Shown here: in pieces, positions 7,722 to 16,560 of the stretch | Layout of the letters: every line of letters starts with the position of its first letter | Numbering within the stretch: position 1 is the stretch's first letter | Assembly: GCA_020345705.1 (NCBI GenBank) | Contig: CP070766.1 | Coordinates: forward strand, 908,070 to 936,790 | Length of the DNA stretch: 28,721 bases | Origin: Candidatus Zixiibacteriota bacterium | Lineage (GTDB): Bacteria; Zixibacteria; MSB-5A5; GN15; PGXB01 | Reading direction: 5' to 3' | Program-made: the position numbers and the translations under genes | The notes under the pieces: generated by a model | The model's input: only the letters and a program-made list of their open reading frames with translations | The model's database searches: none | What the model was told of the DNA's origin: nothing

Positions 7722-7898
7722 TCATATGCGCTCGGAGTCCGGCTGTTTCGCCGTCGCATCCTCGATCTTTTCACCCAACTGGGTTTTGCAGGCAGGGCCC
7801 ATTCACGTCTTAATCCCGATCTTTGGAAGGATGAATCTCACCAGCGCATACCAGGCGGCGAGAAATACAATCAGGAATGATATATCATAAATGTCCAT
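7722..7898 (-). CDS. Small single-pass membrane protein with an in-frame TGA; putative selenoprotein (58 aa)
   Basis: Manual translation: MDIYDISFLIVFLAAWYALVRFILPKIGIKT-(TGA 7805-7803)-MGPACKTQLGEKIEDATAKQPDSERI-stop. ATG lies 8 nt after the stop of the CoA-binding gene. There is one hydrophobic helix, a Cys five residues after the TGA and a hairpin downstream. No strong SD. If TGA is a true stop the product is 31 aa. Confidence 0.65.
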
Positions 7899-7906
7899 AG
7901 AGGTAT

Positions 7907-8350
7907 CTATTGTCCGGAAAATAACCGTCGATGCTCCTTTAGCATGCATCTGTCCATTACCATCAACAAGCCGGCTTTCTCTCCCAGCCTGAAGGCTTCC
8001 GGCGACACGACCGCTTCCTGCATCCAGACGGCTCTGGCCCCTATTTCGACAGCCGCTTTGGTGATTTGCGGCGCCGCCGATGGCCTGCGGAATATGTCTA
8101 CAATATCGATCGGCTCAGGAATCGCTCTCAGATCGGGATAGGATTTCTCTCCAAGGGCCTCGGCGATGCCAGGATTCACCGGAATTACTCTGTATCCCTG
8201 GAGCTGCAGGTAATTCGCAATCCGGTTGCTGGGTCGGTCCGGGTCGGGGGAAAGCCCGACCACGGCTATGGTTTTGGAATTCTGGAGTATTCTATATATC
8301 TCGTCCGGCGATGGATTCTTCCAGCCGCCGGCACGCGGGTAAACGGGCAT
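7907..8350 (-). CDS. CoA-binding domain protein (YccU-like)
   Basis: KTIAVVGLSPDPDRPS, GYRVIPVNPG, IDIVDIFRRP, AVWMQE and VMDRCM are family motifs. Confidence 0.92.
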   Translation of the reverse strand: MPVYPRAGGWKNPSPDEIYRILQNSKTIAVVGLSPDPDRPSNRIANYLQLQGYRVIPVNPGIAEALGEKSYPDLRAIPEPIDIVDIFRRPSAAPQITKAAVEIGARAVWMQEAVVSPEAFRLGEKAGLLMVMDRCMLKEHRRLFSGQ

Positions 8351-8352
8351 TA

Positions 8353-8679
8353 TTATTCGAGTGTTTTTTTCACATGGTTAAGAAGCTGGGCTCGCGGAAG
8401 AGCGCCTACAACCTGGTCAACCAGCTGTCCCTTCTTGAAAAACAACAATGCTGGAATAGACATAATCTTAAACTGGCTGGCAACTTTGGTGTTCGCGTCG
8501 ACGTCCATTTTCGCCACTTTGAGCTTGCCGTCATATTCGGCTGCGATTTCTTCCAGAATGGGGGCAATCATTTTGCACGGGCCGCACCACTGGGCCCAGA
8601 AGTCAACTATAACGGGTATGTCGGATTGCAGTACTTCTGTGTCAAAGCTTCCGTCGCTTATAGCAATTGGCTTACTCAT
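8353..8679 (-). CDS. trxA: Thioredoxin
   Basis: DFWAQWCGPCKMIAP active site, 108 aa, cis-Pro segment SIPALL; AAGGA RBS. Confidence 0.97.
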   Translation of the reverse strand: MSKPIAISDGSFDTEVLQSDIPVIVDFWAQWCGPCKMIAPILEEIAAEYDGKLKVAKMDVDANTKVASQFKIMSIPALLFFKKGQLVDQVVGALPRAQLLNHVKKTLE

Positions 8680-8738
8680 TTGTTTCCTTTCCTGCCGTTG
8701 GGCATCTTAATTCTTGATTCTTTCTAACAAGCTGTCAC

Positions 8739-10394
8739 TTAATTTGTTCCCACCAGTTGCTCGTGTACCAATCTGATGGGAATCGTGCCGTAAGATAACA
8801 GCCTGTCATGAAAATCCTTCAAAGAAACATGTGGGTATTTTTTCCTGAAGTCATTATATAACCGCTCAATTTCTATCCTGCCGATCAGGTAGCTCATCGG
8901 TTGCGTCGGCGTTTGAGTGTACCTTCTTACCTCCGCCTCAGCGCTGACCTCCTCCAGCCTTGCCGTCCCGACCAGCATCTCAACGGCCTCGTCAAAGCGG
9001 AACTTGCCGGTATGAAGGCGGACGTCAATAACCACCCGGCAGGCACGCCACAGCTGGTCTTTCAACTGTATTATAATACTCCTGACGTCGGGGTAAAATC
9101 CTTTTTCTTTCATCAATTCTTCACAATATAATGCCCAGCCCTCGGCAAACACCGAGGTCGAGACAATGCGTCGGATCTTTGACCGAATCCCGTTGGCGCG
9201 GCACAGCTGAATATGATGCCCGGGGTATCCCTCGTGGAGAGCCTTCACCGCAACAGCCGCCTTGCAGTGGCCGGAGAGCTGCTGTTGTATTTTGCCGTCG
9301 GGGGCATTCATATCTATCGGAGTCACCCAGAAGAATCCCCGCTGATCGGTTTCAAATGGTGCCGGCATCAGGTACGCCGCATATGGATAGATCGAGCGGT
9401 GCATCGGTGGCGTCTCAATGATTTCCAACGACTCCCTGTCAGGAAAAGAGACCAGATCGTGATCCAGGACGAATTCTCTCGTGCGCGACATCTCACCCCT
9501 GTAATAATCGAGCAGATATTCAGGTGCGGGGGTGTCGGATTTTATATCCTCTACTATCTCGATCCAATCCCTGCGAGGGTCGATCTCAGCGGCCATCGTC
9601 TTGATCTGGTCTATCGCCTCGCCTATATACCTGAGTCCGATTGCCTCTATTTCGTCTCGCGAATAGTCGAGCATGTGATATTCCTTGAGGAGGAAATCAA
9701 AGTACTCCTCCCCCGCAGCGAAATTGCATTCGGGCTTTCGGGATAATTCCGTTTGAAGATACACCAGGTAGTCCTTGAAGGCTTTTGAAGCGAGAGTTGC
9801 CGCCGCCAGAAGGTCGTTTTTCAAACTCTCGATCTCACCGGATACGTTAAGAATGACGTCCGAAAAGAAATGCTGAGCCGATGACGTCATATGCTCTGCG
9901 ATATCCAGCCACACTCCGGGGATGGCCTCTGCCTGCCGGAGATTGTCCTTGGCTTCAATGAAAAATCGCGGTATCTCTTTCATCCGTGAGATCAGTGATA
10001 AAAGCCTCTGCTCCCGAGGAGCGAATTCGCGGAGAAGCAGCATAAGGCACGAGAACACGGCCGTATCGGGATAGACCGACGGGTCGTTTCGAAACCGGTC
10101 GAATATTCGGCCGGAGGTGATGTCATATTTCAATTTTGCCGAGAGTACCTCAAGGTCAAGGAAGGCGTCGGCCGAAAGCATCCCCTCTTTTCTCAAATCG
10201 CCCAGCTTCTCGAGAAGACTCGCCTCCTTTATCAGAAATTCCCGCCGCGTATTAAGATCAACATGATCGAGCCGGTCATCATATTTGTGGATTCCCAGAA
10301 ACGTGGCCTCGTGGGGAAACGCCCGGTAATATTCCTCCAGAAATTCGTCAATCAACTTCTGGAAGCTGGCGTCGTCCGGTTCACTCGGGTTCAT
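8739..10394 (-). CDS. DUF885 family protein (predicted metallopeptidase-like), no signal peptide
   Basis: HEGYPGHHIQ, FAEGWALYCE, LWRACRVVIDVRLH and PTQPMSYLIG motifs. ATG 10394 lies 4 nt after the upstream stop; the longer start in the ORF track overlaps the upstream gene. Confidence 0.9.
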   Translation of the reverse strand: MNPSEPDDASFQKLIDEFLEEYYRAFPHEATFLGIHKYDDRLDHVDLNTRREFLIKEASLLEKLGDLRKEGMLSADAFLDLEVLSAKLKYDITSGRIFDRFRNDPSVYPDTAVFSCLMLLLREFAPREQRLLSLISRMKEIPRFFIEAKDNLRQAEAIPGVWLDIAEHMTSSAQHFFSDVILNVSGEIESLKNDLLAAATLASKAFKDYLVYLQTELSRKPECNFAAGEEYFDFLLKEYHMLDYSRDEIEAIGLRYIGEAIDQIKTMAAEIDPRRDWIEIVEDIKSDTPAPEYLLDYYRGEMSRTREFVLDHDLVSFPDRESLEIIETPPMHRSIYPYAAYLMPAPFETDQRGFFWVTPIDMNAPDGKIQQQLSGHCKAAVAVKALHEGYPGHHIQLCRANGIRSKIRRIVSTSVFAEGWALYCEELMKEKGFYPDVRSIIIQLKDQLWRACRVVIDVRLHTGKFRFDEAVEMLVGTARLEEVSAEAEVRRYTQTPTQPMSYLIGRIEIERLYNDFRKKYPHVSLKDFHDRLLSYGTIPIRLVHEQLVGTN

Positions 10395-10398
10395 CTTC

Positions 10399-13300
10399 TC
10401 AGATATGCTCCGGCTTAAGTGAATGCATATTTTTGGCCTGATCGACAAAGGCCTCAAGCCGGGTCTCCTCACCGGTGTCCTTTAGACCCTCGTAGCTGAT
10501 ATTCAGCCAGGGAACGTCGCCGATGTCATGCGAGACTTTTCTGGAAAGAGACGTTACGATCGTCCCCGGCATGCAGTTAAAGGGCATACAATTGATGATA
10601 CCGGAAGCACCGTCGTGGGCGAATTCGACGGCTTTGCCGATCGTAAGAACAGCCTCGCCCCTGACATCGACCGACAGGTAGGGCGAAGCCAGCCTGATTG
10701 TATTTGACACGGGTGGTTCCGGGTCTATCGGGTAATGCTTCCGAAAGCTCCGTATGATCCTGAGCTCGTCACGATGCTGACAAAACTCCTGCAAGACGCC
10801 TTTTATAACATCCTTCCAGCGCTTTTCGTAGATGGAGTCAAGTTTGTATGTATAAGAAGTGTAGTTTATCCATTCGGCGAAGGTTGCCAGCTTTACTTCA
10901 AGGCCCAGCCGTTCGATCTTTGTTATCAGATGATTGTTGGAAAACCGGTTATTTCTGAGATAGATTTCGCCCACGAGCCCGATAAACGGCCGGCGCGAGG
11001 TCTCGCGGGCAATAGCGCTGAATTCGGCCGCGGCGCGCTCGGCCAATCCGGTAAAGCCACCCTCCTCAAGAATACACTCCTCGGCCTTCCTCAGATATTT
11101 GTAGTACACTCTCTCCGCCTGCCCGATCTCAAGCTCGTAAGGTCTGGTCTGCAGGAGCGCCTTTATCAGGCAGTCAACAAAAACGACTCCTTTCCAGCCC
11201 AGCCGCCGAAAGGTGTTTCCCTCCAGGCCGAAATCGGTGTAGGATGTTTTGGAGTTCGGCGAATAAATGGGCACATTCTTGTACCCCAGTTCATCGAGGA
11301 CAATTCGGTGATACTGGCTGTATTGGCCGAAGCGGCACGGCCCGTCGGCACCCGGCATGAAAAAAACAGTCCGGTCATGGTCAGCATCACCGGAGCGCAG
11401 CTTCTTTATCATGTCTCCGGTGGTAATCGTACAGGGGAAGCATTCTTTCCCTGAGGTGAATTTCTTGCCCAGCGTCAGGCTCTCCTCGTCCGGCTCATCA
11501 AGCACCTGAGCTTTGATCCCGCACTTCTCAAAGGCGGCACGAACGGGATAGGCGTGATCACACATGTTAGGAATATAGACGACCCTTTCTGCGGGAGAAG
11601 AGCCCTTGTTGCTGGGCGAGTATTCGGTAATCGGCGGCGTGTAGGTGTAAAACCGGAGTGAGTCAAGAAAGGCTTCCACCCTTGTGATCAAGCCGGCGTC
11701 GGCGGAGTGCTCATCCAGCTCAAGCTGAAGATAAGGTTTTCCACTCATGGTCCGTCTGAAAAAATGAATAATGAACGAATCCGGACCACAGCCAAACGAC
11801 GTCAGATAAATGGGATAAAGGTTAGGATGCTTGCGTATAAAGCTCGCCGCCGAAAGTATCTTGCGCCCGTAAAGCCAGTACATGGTCGAGAGATCCTCGG
11901 TGTCGAGGTCCAGCGGCAGGAAATCAATCGGGATTGCTTTTAGTCCCATTTTCTTCAGTCGAGACGGTATTTCCAGCGAGAGTCTGCGGTCGAAACCGGT
12001 GTATGGTCGGCTGACAAGGACCATGCATTTCTCATCCCGGCCGATCGAATCAAGAATCTGCCGGCCGGTATCGAGAAGCTGTTTCCGAAAAAGATCATAG
12101 GCCCGCATGCCGTTTCTGATAGCCTTCTTGAGCTCTCTTTCGGATAAACCCATCACTTTAAGTAACGGCTTTAATTGATTGAGCATTTTAGAGATATCGC
12201 GCAGGATTCTGATGGGTGAGCCGATGAATTTGACCCCGCGCCGGGAAAAATCAAATTTGGTCCGAACCGTGTTGGAGATTGTCTGGACGTAGGGACAGAT
12301 ATAAGTGCCGTCATCGCGGGATTCATCATCGGTGAATTTTATGATGCCCGGCAGGAAAATATAGTCGACCTGTTTTTTGATCAGATTCTCGACGTGCCCG
12401 AAGGCCATCTTGACCGGGAAGCAAGTTTCCGCGGCAAACATCTCCAGGGAGTTTTCCACGATTTCATGATTGGACAGATCCGAATTGATCACCTCGTAGC
12501 CGAGCGTCTCAAAGAATGCTTTCCAATAGGGATAATACTCATAAAAATGCAGGACCCTGGGAATTCCGATCCTTCCGCGCGGAACGTCTCTGGCGGGACT
12601 GACATCAATATAGCGCCGCAACAGCAGTCTTTGACGAAGATTGAGGTAGTCAGGAACGCGGGTTTTGTCCTCTTTTCGTTTGACGTCGTATTTCTCGCAA
12701 CGGCTCCCATAGTAAAGAGGCGCCTCGCCTTCGATTTCGACCTTGTGTATCTCGCACATGTTGGAGCAGTCTTCACAGGTGAACGCACTCAACTCGTACT
12801 TCTTTCTGGAGAGGTCGAATCCCTTGAAGCCCGTGCCCTTTCCGTCGTCGACCTCCATTGCCAGAATAGCCGCGCCGATGGCTCCGGTGACGTCATGATG
12901 CGGCGGGACCGTGACTTTCTTACCGGTCAGTTTTTCAAATGCCGCCACAACGCCCTTGTTCCACGCGACTCCTCCCTGGAAAAAGATATTGTCGCCGACT
13001 CTTCGGTCGCCGACGACTTTGGTCAGGTAGTTGGAAGCAATGGAATAGGCCAGCCCGGCGATGAGGTCATCGGTATCGGCGCCGGCGCGCTGGTGGCTGA
13101 TCAGGTCGGATTCCATGAAGACGGTGCACCTTTCGCCGCACCCGACCGGGCATCTGGCTTTCAACGCCCGGTCGCCAAACTCCCGCTCGATGTTTATCTC
13201 AAGCTTTTCGGCCTGTTCCTGGAGAAACGACCCGGTTCCGGCGGCGCAGGCCTTATTCATTTCGAAATCGATGACGGTTTTGTCGTCAAGGGAGATGTAC

Positions 13301-14583
13301 TTCGAATCCTGCCCGCCGATCTCAAAAATCGTGTCCACCGTGGGGTCGATATTGATGGCCGCCGTCGCTTGGGCAGTAATCTCATTTTTTATGATATCGG
13401 CTCCCACAAAGTCGCCGGTCAAATACCGTCCCGAACCGGTCGTGGCGACGCCCCTTACCCGAACCCTGTCGCCGACTTCGGCGCCGATCTCGGCCAATCC
13501 CCGGCGGACCGCCTCAATCGGGCGGCCTTCCGTCATGAGGTAGCGGCGGGCGACGACGTTCTTTTCCCTGTCAATCAGGACCAGGTTGGTTGACAGTGAG
13601 CCGACGTCAATCCCGAGATAGACCTCAAGATTTTCGACTCTCCCCGCGTATCGCTTCGAGGTCAGCTTATAATACTTCGAGTTCGGATAATCATAGGATA
13701 GCCGGTCGCGGCCGCTTGCGGGCACCTCTCGGTATTTCAAATAAGCTTCGATTTTGCCGGGATCTATCTGCACCGGTTCAATGTCATGTTTGGTGCCGGC
13801 CAGCATGGCCGAGCCGATAGCACCCATGACGTTAAAACGTTCAGGTATTACAAGCTGGTCGTTTTCCAGTTCCAGGATATCGACAAAAGCTCTCACAACT
13901 CCCGGATTGGCCGCAACTCCGCCCTCGAACGCAATCGGCGGGTCGAATTTCTTTCCCCGTGCTATGGCGCCCTTGAAGTTGCGTGCCACCGCATAGCACA
14001 GTCCGGCAACAATATCGTAATCGGGTGTGGCTATCTGCTGCAGATGAATCATATCTGATTTGGCGAAGACCGAGCATCGGCCGGCGATCCGCGGCGGATT
14101 TTTCGATTTCAGCGCCAGACGGCCGAATTCCTCCTCGATAGAGATTTTGAGGCGGCCGGCCTGCTGGTCAAGGAATGAGCCGGTTCCGGCCGCGCAAAGA
14201 TTGTTCATGCTGAAATCAAGGACAGCCTTTTTGTCGGGATCAATCTGGATAAACTTGGAATCCTCCCCCCCCATTTCTATTATTGTTCGAATCTGCGGCA
14301 GCAATTTGAAATTGGCCGTGCTGATCGCATTGATCTCGCCGAGGGGCTCCCCGCCCAGAATTTTCACGCCCGTCCGGCTGCCGATTCCGGTGAATGCGAG
14401 CTTGACCGGCTGTTTAATGAATGGAGCGAAATCCGTCTGAAGCAGCTGCATCAGCGTTTGGTACGGCCGGCCGTGAAAACGGCAATAAGCCGTCTTGACA
14501 ATCCTGCCGTCGGCATCAAGCACAGCTATTTTGACCGAAAGCGACCCGATATCGATTCCGATTGAGAGATTTTCAAAGTCCAT
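10399..14583 (-). CDS. Fused 2-hydroxyacyl-CoA dehydratase activase-related protein (two BcrAD/BadFG ATPase domains, DUF2229 and a dehydratase-like domain)
   Basis: Two copies of GIDxGS / IxxGGxDSK / CAAGTGSFL / CxVF (ASKHA Fe-S ATPase), a CEDCSNMC linker, then ETCFPVK, FGCGPD, ECFPC, GPCRFGQY and PFNCMPG. Start placed at MDFENLSIGID (14583). Confidence 0.9.
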   Translation of the reverse strand: MDFENLSIGIDIGSLSVKIAVLDADGRIVKTAYCRFHGRPYQTLMQLLQTDFAPFIKQPVKLAFTGIGSRTGVKILGGEPLGEINAISTANFKLLPQIRTIIEMGGEDSKFIQIDPDKKAVLDFSMNNLCAAGTGSFLDQQAGRLKISIEEEFGRLALKSKNPPRIAGRCSVFAKSDMIHLQQIATPDYDIVAGLCYAVARNFKGAIARGKKFDPPIAFEGGVAANPGVVRAFVDILELENDQLVIPERFNVMGAIGSAMLAGTKHDIEPVQIDPGKIEAYLKYREVPASGRDRLSYDYPNSKYYKLTSKRYAGRVENLEVYLGIDVGSLSTNLVLIDREKNVVARRYLMTEGRPIEAVRRGLAEIGAEVGDRVRVRGVATTGSGRYLTGDFVGADIIKNEITAQATAAINIDPTVDTIFEIGGQDSKYISLDDKTVIDFEMNKACAAGTGSFLQEQAEKLEINIEREFGDRALKARCPVGCGERCTVFMESDLISHQRAGADTDDLIAGLAYSIASNYLTKVVGDRRVGDNIFFQGGVAWNKGVVAAFEKLTGKKVTVPPHHDVTGAIGAAILAMEVDDGKGTGFKGFDLSRKKYELSAFTCEDCSNMCEIHKVEIEGEAPLYYGSRCEKYDVKRKEDKTRVPDYLNLRQRLLLRRYIDVSPARDVPRGRIGIPRVLHFYEYYPYWKAFFETLGYEVINSDLSNHEIVENSLEMFAAETCFPVKMAFGHVENLIKKQVDYIFLPGIIKFTDDESRDDGTYICPYVQTISNTVRTKFDFSRRGVKFIGSPIRILRDISKMLNQLKPLLKVMGLSERELKKAIRNGMRAYDLFRKQLLDTGRQILDSIGRDEKCMVLVSRPYTGFDRRLSLEIPSRLKKMGLKAIPIDFLPLDLDTEDLSTMYWLYGRKILSAASFIRKHPNLYPIYLTSFGCGPDSFIIHFFRRTMSGKPYLQLELDEHSADAGLITRVEAFLDSLRFYTYTPPITEYSPSNKGSSPAERVVYIPNMCDHAYPVRAAFEKCGIKAQVLDEPDEESLTLGKKFTSGKECFPCTITTGDMIKKLRSGDADHDRTVFFMPGADGPCRFGQYSQYHRIVLDELGYKNVPIYSPNSKTSYTDFGLEGNTFRRLGWKGVVFVDCLIKALLQTRPYELEIGQAERVYYKYLRKAEECILEEGGFTGLAERAAAEFSAIARETSRRPFIGLVGEIYLRNNRFSNNHLITKIERLGLEVKLATFAEWINYTSYTYKLDSIYEKRWKDVIKGVLQEFCQHRDELRIIRSFRKHYPIDPEPPVSNTIRLASPYLSVDVRGEAVLTIGKAVEFAHDGASGIINCMPFNCMPGTIVTSLSRKVSHDIGDVPWLNISYEGLKDTGEETRLEAFVDQAKNMHSLKPEHI

Positions 14584-14669
14584 TTCAAAATATTCCACTG
14601 TTATCAGGTTGCTGAAATTGATAAGAATTTTTACAGTCAATTGCAACGACAAATTAAAGGAAATTTATT

Positions 14670-14697
14670 TTGATTGAATTAACGTATGTTTTATATT
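14670..14697 (+). promoter_or_regulatory. Possible sigma70 promoter of the dtd-rlmH operon in the AT-rich divergent region
   Basis: TTGATT, 16-nt spacer, TATATT; ends 16 nt upstream of the dtd ATG. The region is AT-rich, so a chance match is possible. Confidence 0.35.
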
Positions 14698-14713
14698 CAC
14701 GGCCTGTAATACT

Positions 14714-15160
14714 ATGCGTTTGTTGATACAAAGAGTAAACGCGGCCTCGGTCACGGTTGACGGCGAGACGGTCGGTCGGATAGGCCGCGGATTTCTTGTT
14801 CTGGCCGGGTTCAAGAAAGGAGACGAAGAGGCCGCGATAGCCAGACTGGCGCAGAAGTGCCTTAATTTGAGAGTATTCGAAGACGACGAAGGCAAAATGA
14901 ACCGCTCGCTTATTGACTTGGGCGGTGAGCTTCTGGTGGTCTCTCAATTCACTCTTTACGCCGATTGCCGCAAGGGCCGGCGGCCCGGTTTTGATCGAAC
15001 CATGCCGCCCGATGAAGCCGAGCGGTTTTACAATTTACTTCTAAATGAACTGAGAAAGTCAGGTTTGGATGTCCGGGAAGGCATATTCGGCGCACGAATG
15101 ACAATCGACCTGACAAACGACGGTCCTGTCACGATTTTACTGGATGACGAAGAAATATAG
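14714..15160 (+). CDS. dtd: D-aminoacyl-tRNA deacylase
   Basis: MRLLIQRV, LRVFEDDEGKMN, SQFTLYAD and NDGPVT motifs. Confidence 0.97.
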   Translation: MRLLIQRVNAASVTVDGETVGRIGRGFLVLAGFKKGDEEAAIARLAQKCLNLRVFEDDEGKMNRSLIDLGGELLVVSQFTLYADCRKGRRPGFDRTMPPDEAERFYNLLLNELRKSGLDVREGIFGARMTIDLTNDGPVTILLDDEEI

Positions 15161-15746
15161 AAACCTCGCGAGACTGCTGGAGAAATACAGGCTTGTCCTG
15201 GCCTCCGGTTCGCCCCGGCGCGTTCACCTGCTGAAAGAAGCCGGCATCGATTTTCGGCAGATTATTCCGGATATATGGGAAGATGACAGCCGACATGAGG
15301 ACCCTTATGAGCTGGCGACTTTTCTGGCCGTCGAGAAATCCCGGGCGGTGAGAGAGAAGCTGGCCGAGGATGAAGTCGCGCTTGGATGCGATACGATTGT
15401 CGTCCTGGGTAAAAGGATACTGGGCAAACCGGTATCGGAAAAAGAAGCTTTCGAAATGCTCTCCGAATTGTCGGGTCGGATGCATACCGTCTGCTCGGCC
15501 GTGGCGCTGCTCTCAAGGACCGGTGAAGCGGTCAGCGGTTATGAACTGAGCGACGTTTATTTCAGGAACGTCAGTGCATCAGATATCCGGCAGTACATAA
15601 AGACCGGTGAACCACTGGATAAGGCGGGATCTTACGGTATACAGGAACGCGGAGTTTTTTTGGTTGACAGGGTAGTGGGAAATATTGATAATGTCATCGG
15701 TCTGCCGAGGACACTGCTGAACTCATTGGCCGGCAGAATGGCTTAG
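15144..15746 (+). CDS. maf: Maf family nucleoside triphosphate pyrophosphatase
   Basis: LVLASGSPRR, GCDTIVV, ILGKP and DKAGSYGIQ motifs. Confidence 0.95.
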   Translation: MTKKYRNLARLLEKYRLVLASGSPRRVHLLKEAGIDFRQIIPDIWEDDSRHEDPYELATFLAVEKSRAVREKLAEDEVALGCDTIVVLGKRILGKPVSEKEAFEMLSELSGRMHTVCSAVALLSRTGEAVSGYELSDVYFRNVSASDIRQYIKTGEPLDKAGSYGIQERGVFLVDRVVGNIDNVIGLPRTLLNSLAGRMA

Positions 15747-15759
15747 AGAAAGGGCTCGT

Positions 15760-16560
15760 ATGGATTACGACTACAAATCGATCGGGGACATACTGAAAAA
15801 GGAGCGACTCAGACTCAATAGGGAACTGAAGGATATCGCCGACGACATTAAGATTACGGAAGCGTACCTGGAGGCCGTTGAAAATGGTGAGTCGGGCGAA
15901 CTGCCCTCCCTGGTGTATTACCAATTGTTTGTACGTTCCTATGCTACTGAACTCGGCATTGATCCGGAAGAGTTGTTCAATGAGCTGGCGCGCTCTGAGG
16001 GTACTGCCGATGATGAAAAAGCGGATGCCCGGCGGTCCTCGAAGCCGGAGAGCGACACCGCTTCTGCGGAAAAGACATCGCGGCTGAAAGTCGTTTTATG
16101 GTCCGGTGCCGCCGTAGTTGTGATTGCGCTGATTTTGTACTTCACACTGCTGAGGGGCGGCCGCGATGAGCCCGGGGCATCCGAAGGGCATGCCGGCGAC
16201 CTGGCGGCCGCCGATAGTACATCCGGGGCCGGAGCAGATTCGGCCGAAGCCGCGCCGGAGCCGATTCCTCCCATGAAGCTGGACATCAACATTAGTGAGA
16301 CAAGCTGGGTCCTGGTCATGGCCGACGGCGACACAATCCTCAACCGTAACCTGGAGGCGGGTTCCACTCGAAACCTGGAGGCCGATGAAAGCTTTGTAAT
16401 ATCGGTCGGAAATCCGAAAGGGGTCGAGATGCGGATGGATGGGACTCCCCTTCGTCCTCTATCCTCAAGCGGCCGGCCGGTTCGAGACCTGGAGCTCAAC
16501 CGGGACAATATCAAAGACTTCTACCTCATACCGGAGGTCGGAACAATTGAGAGGAATTAG
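15760..16560 (+). CDS. rodZ: RodZ-like protein (HTH domain, one TM helix, DUF4115-type periplasmic domain)
   Basis: IGDILKKER...YLEAVENG...LFVRSYATELGID HTH domain, a transmembrane segment, and a C-terminal SWVLV...ISVGNPKGVEM domain. Confidence 0.85.
   Translation: MDYDYKSIGDILKKERLRLNRELKDIADDIKITEAYLEAVENGESGELPSLVYYQLFVRSYATELGIDPEELFNELARSEGTADDEKADARRSSKPESDTASAEKTSRLKVVLWSGAAVVVIALILYFTLLRGGRDEPGASEGHAGDLAAADSTSGAGADSAEAAPEPIPPMKLDINISETSWVLVMADGDTILNRNLEAGSTRNLEADESFVISVGNPKGVEMRMDGTPLRPLSSSGRPVRDLELNRDNIKDFYLIPEVGTIERN

Noticed and set aside
7803-7805. Genome-wide UGA reassignment (code 4 or 25) as the explanation of the in-frame TGA
   Set aside because: TGA is the normal stop of several conserved full-length genes here (creatininase, DUF2064, activase, ftsY, yjbQ), so the code is standard.
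8066-8727. Two overlapping ~215-aa plus-strand ORFs
   Set aside because: They are antisense to trxA and the CoA-binding gene, with no RBS or family signal.
12394-13593. 399-aa plus-strand ORF
   Set aside because: It lies wholly antisense to the well-supported activase gene and has no recognisable motifs; a shadow ORF typical of GC-rich coding DNA.
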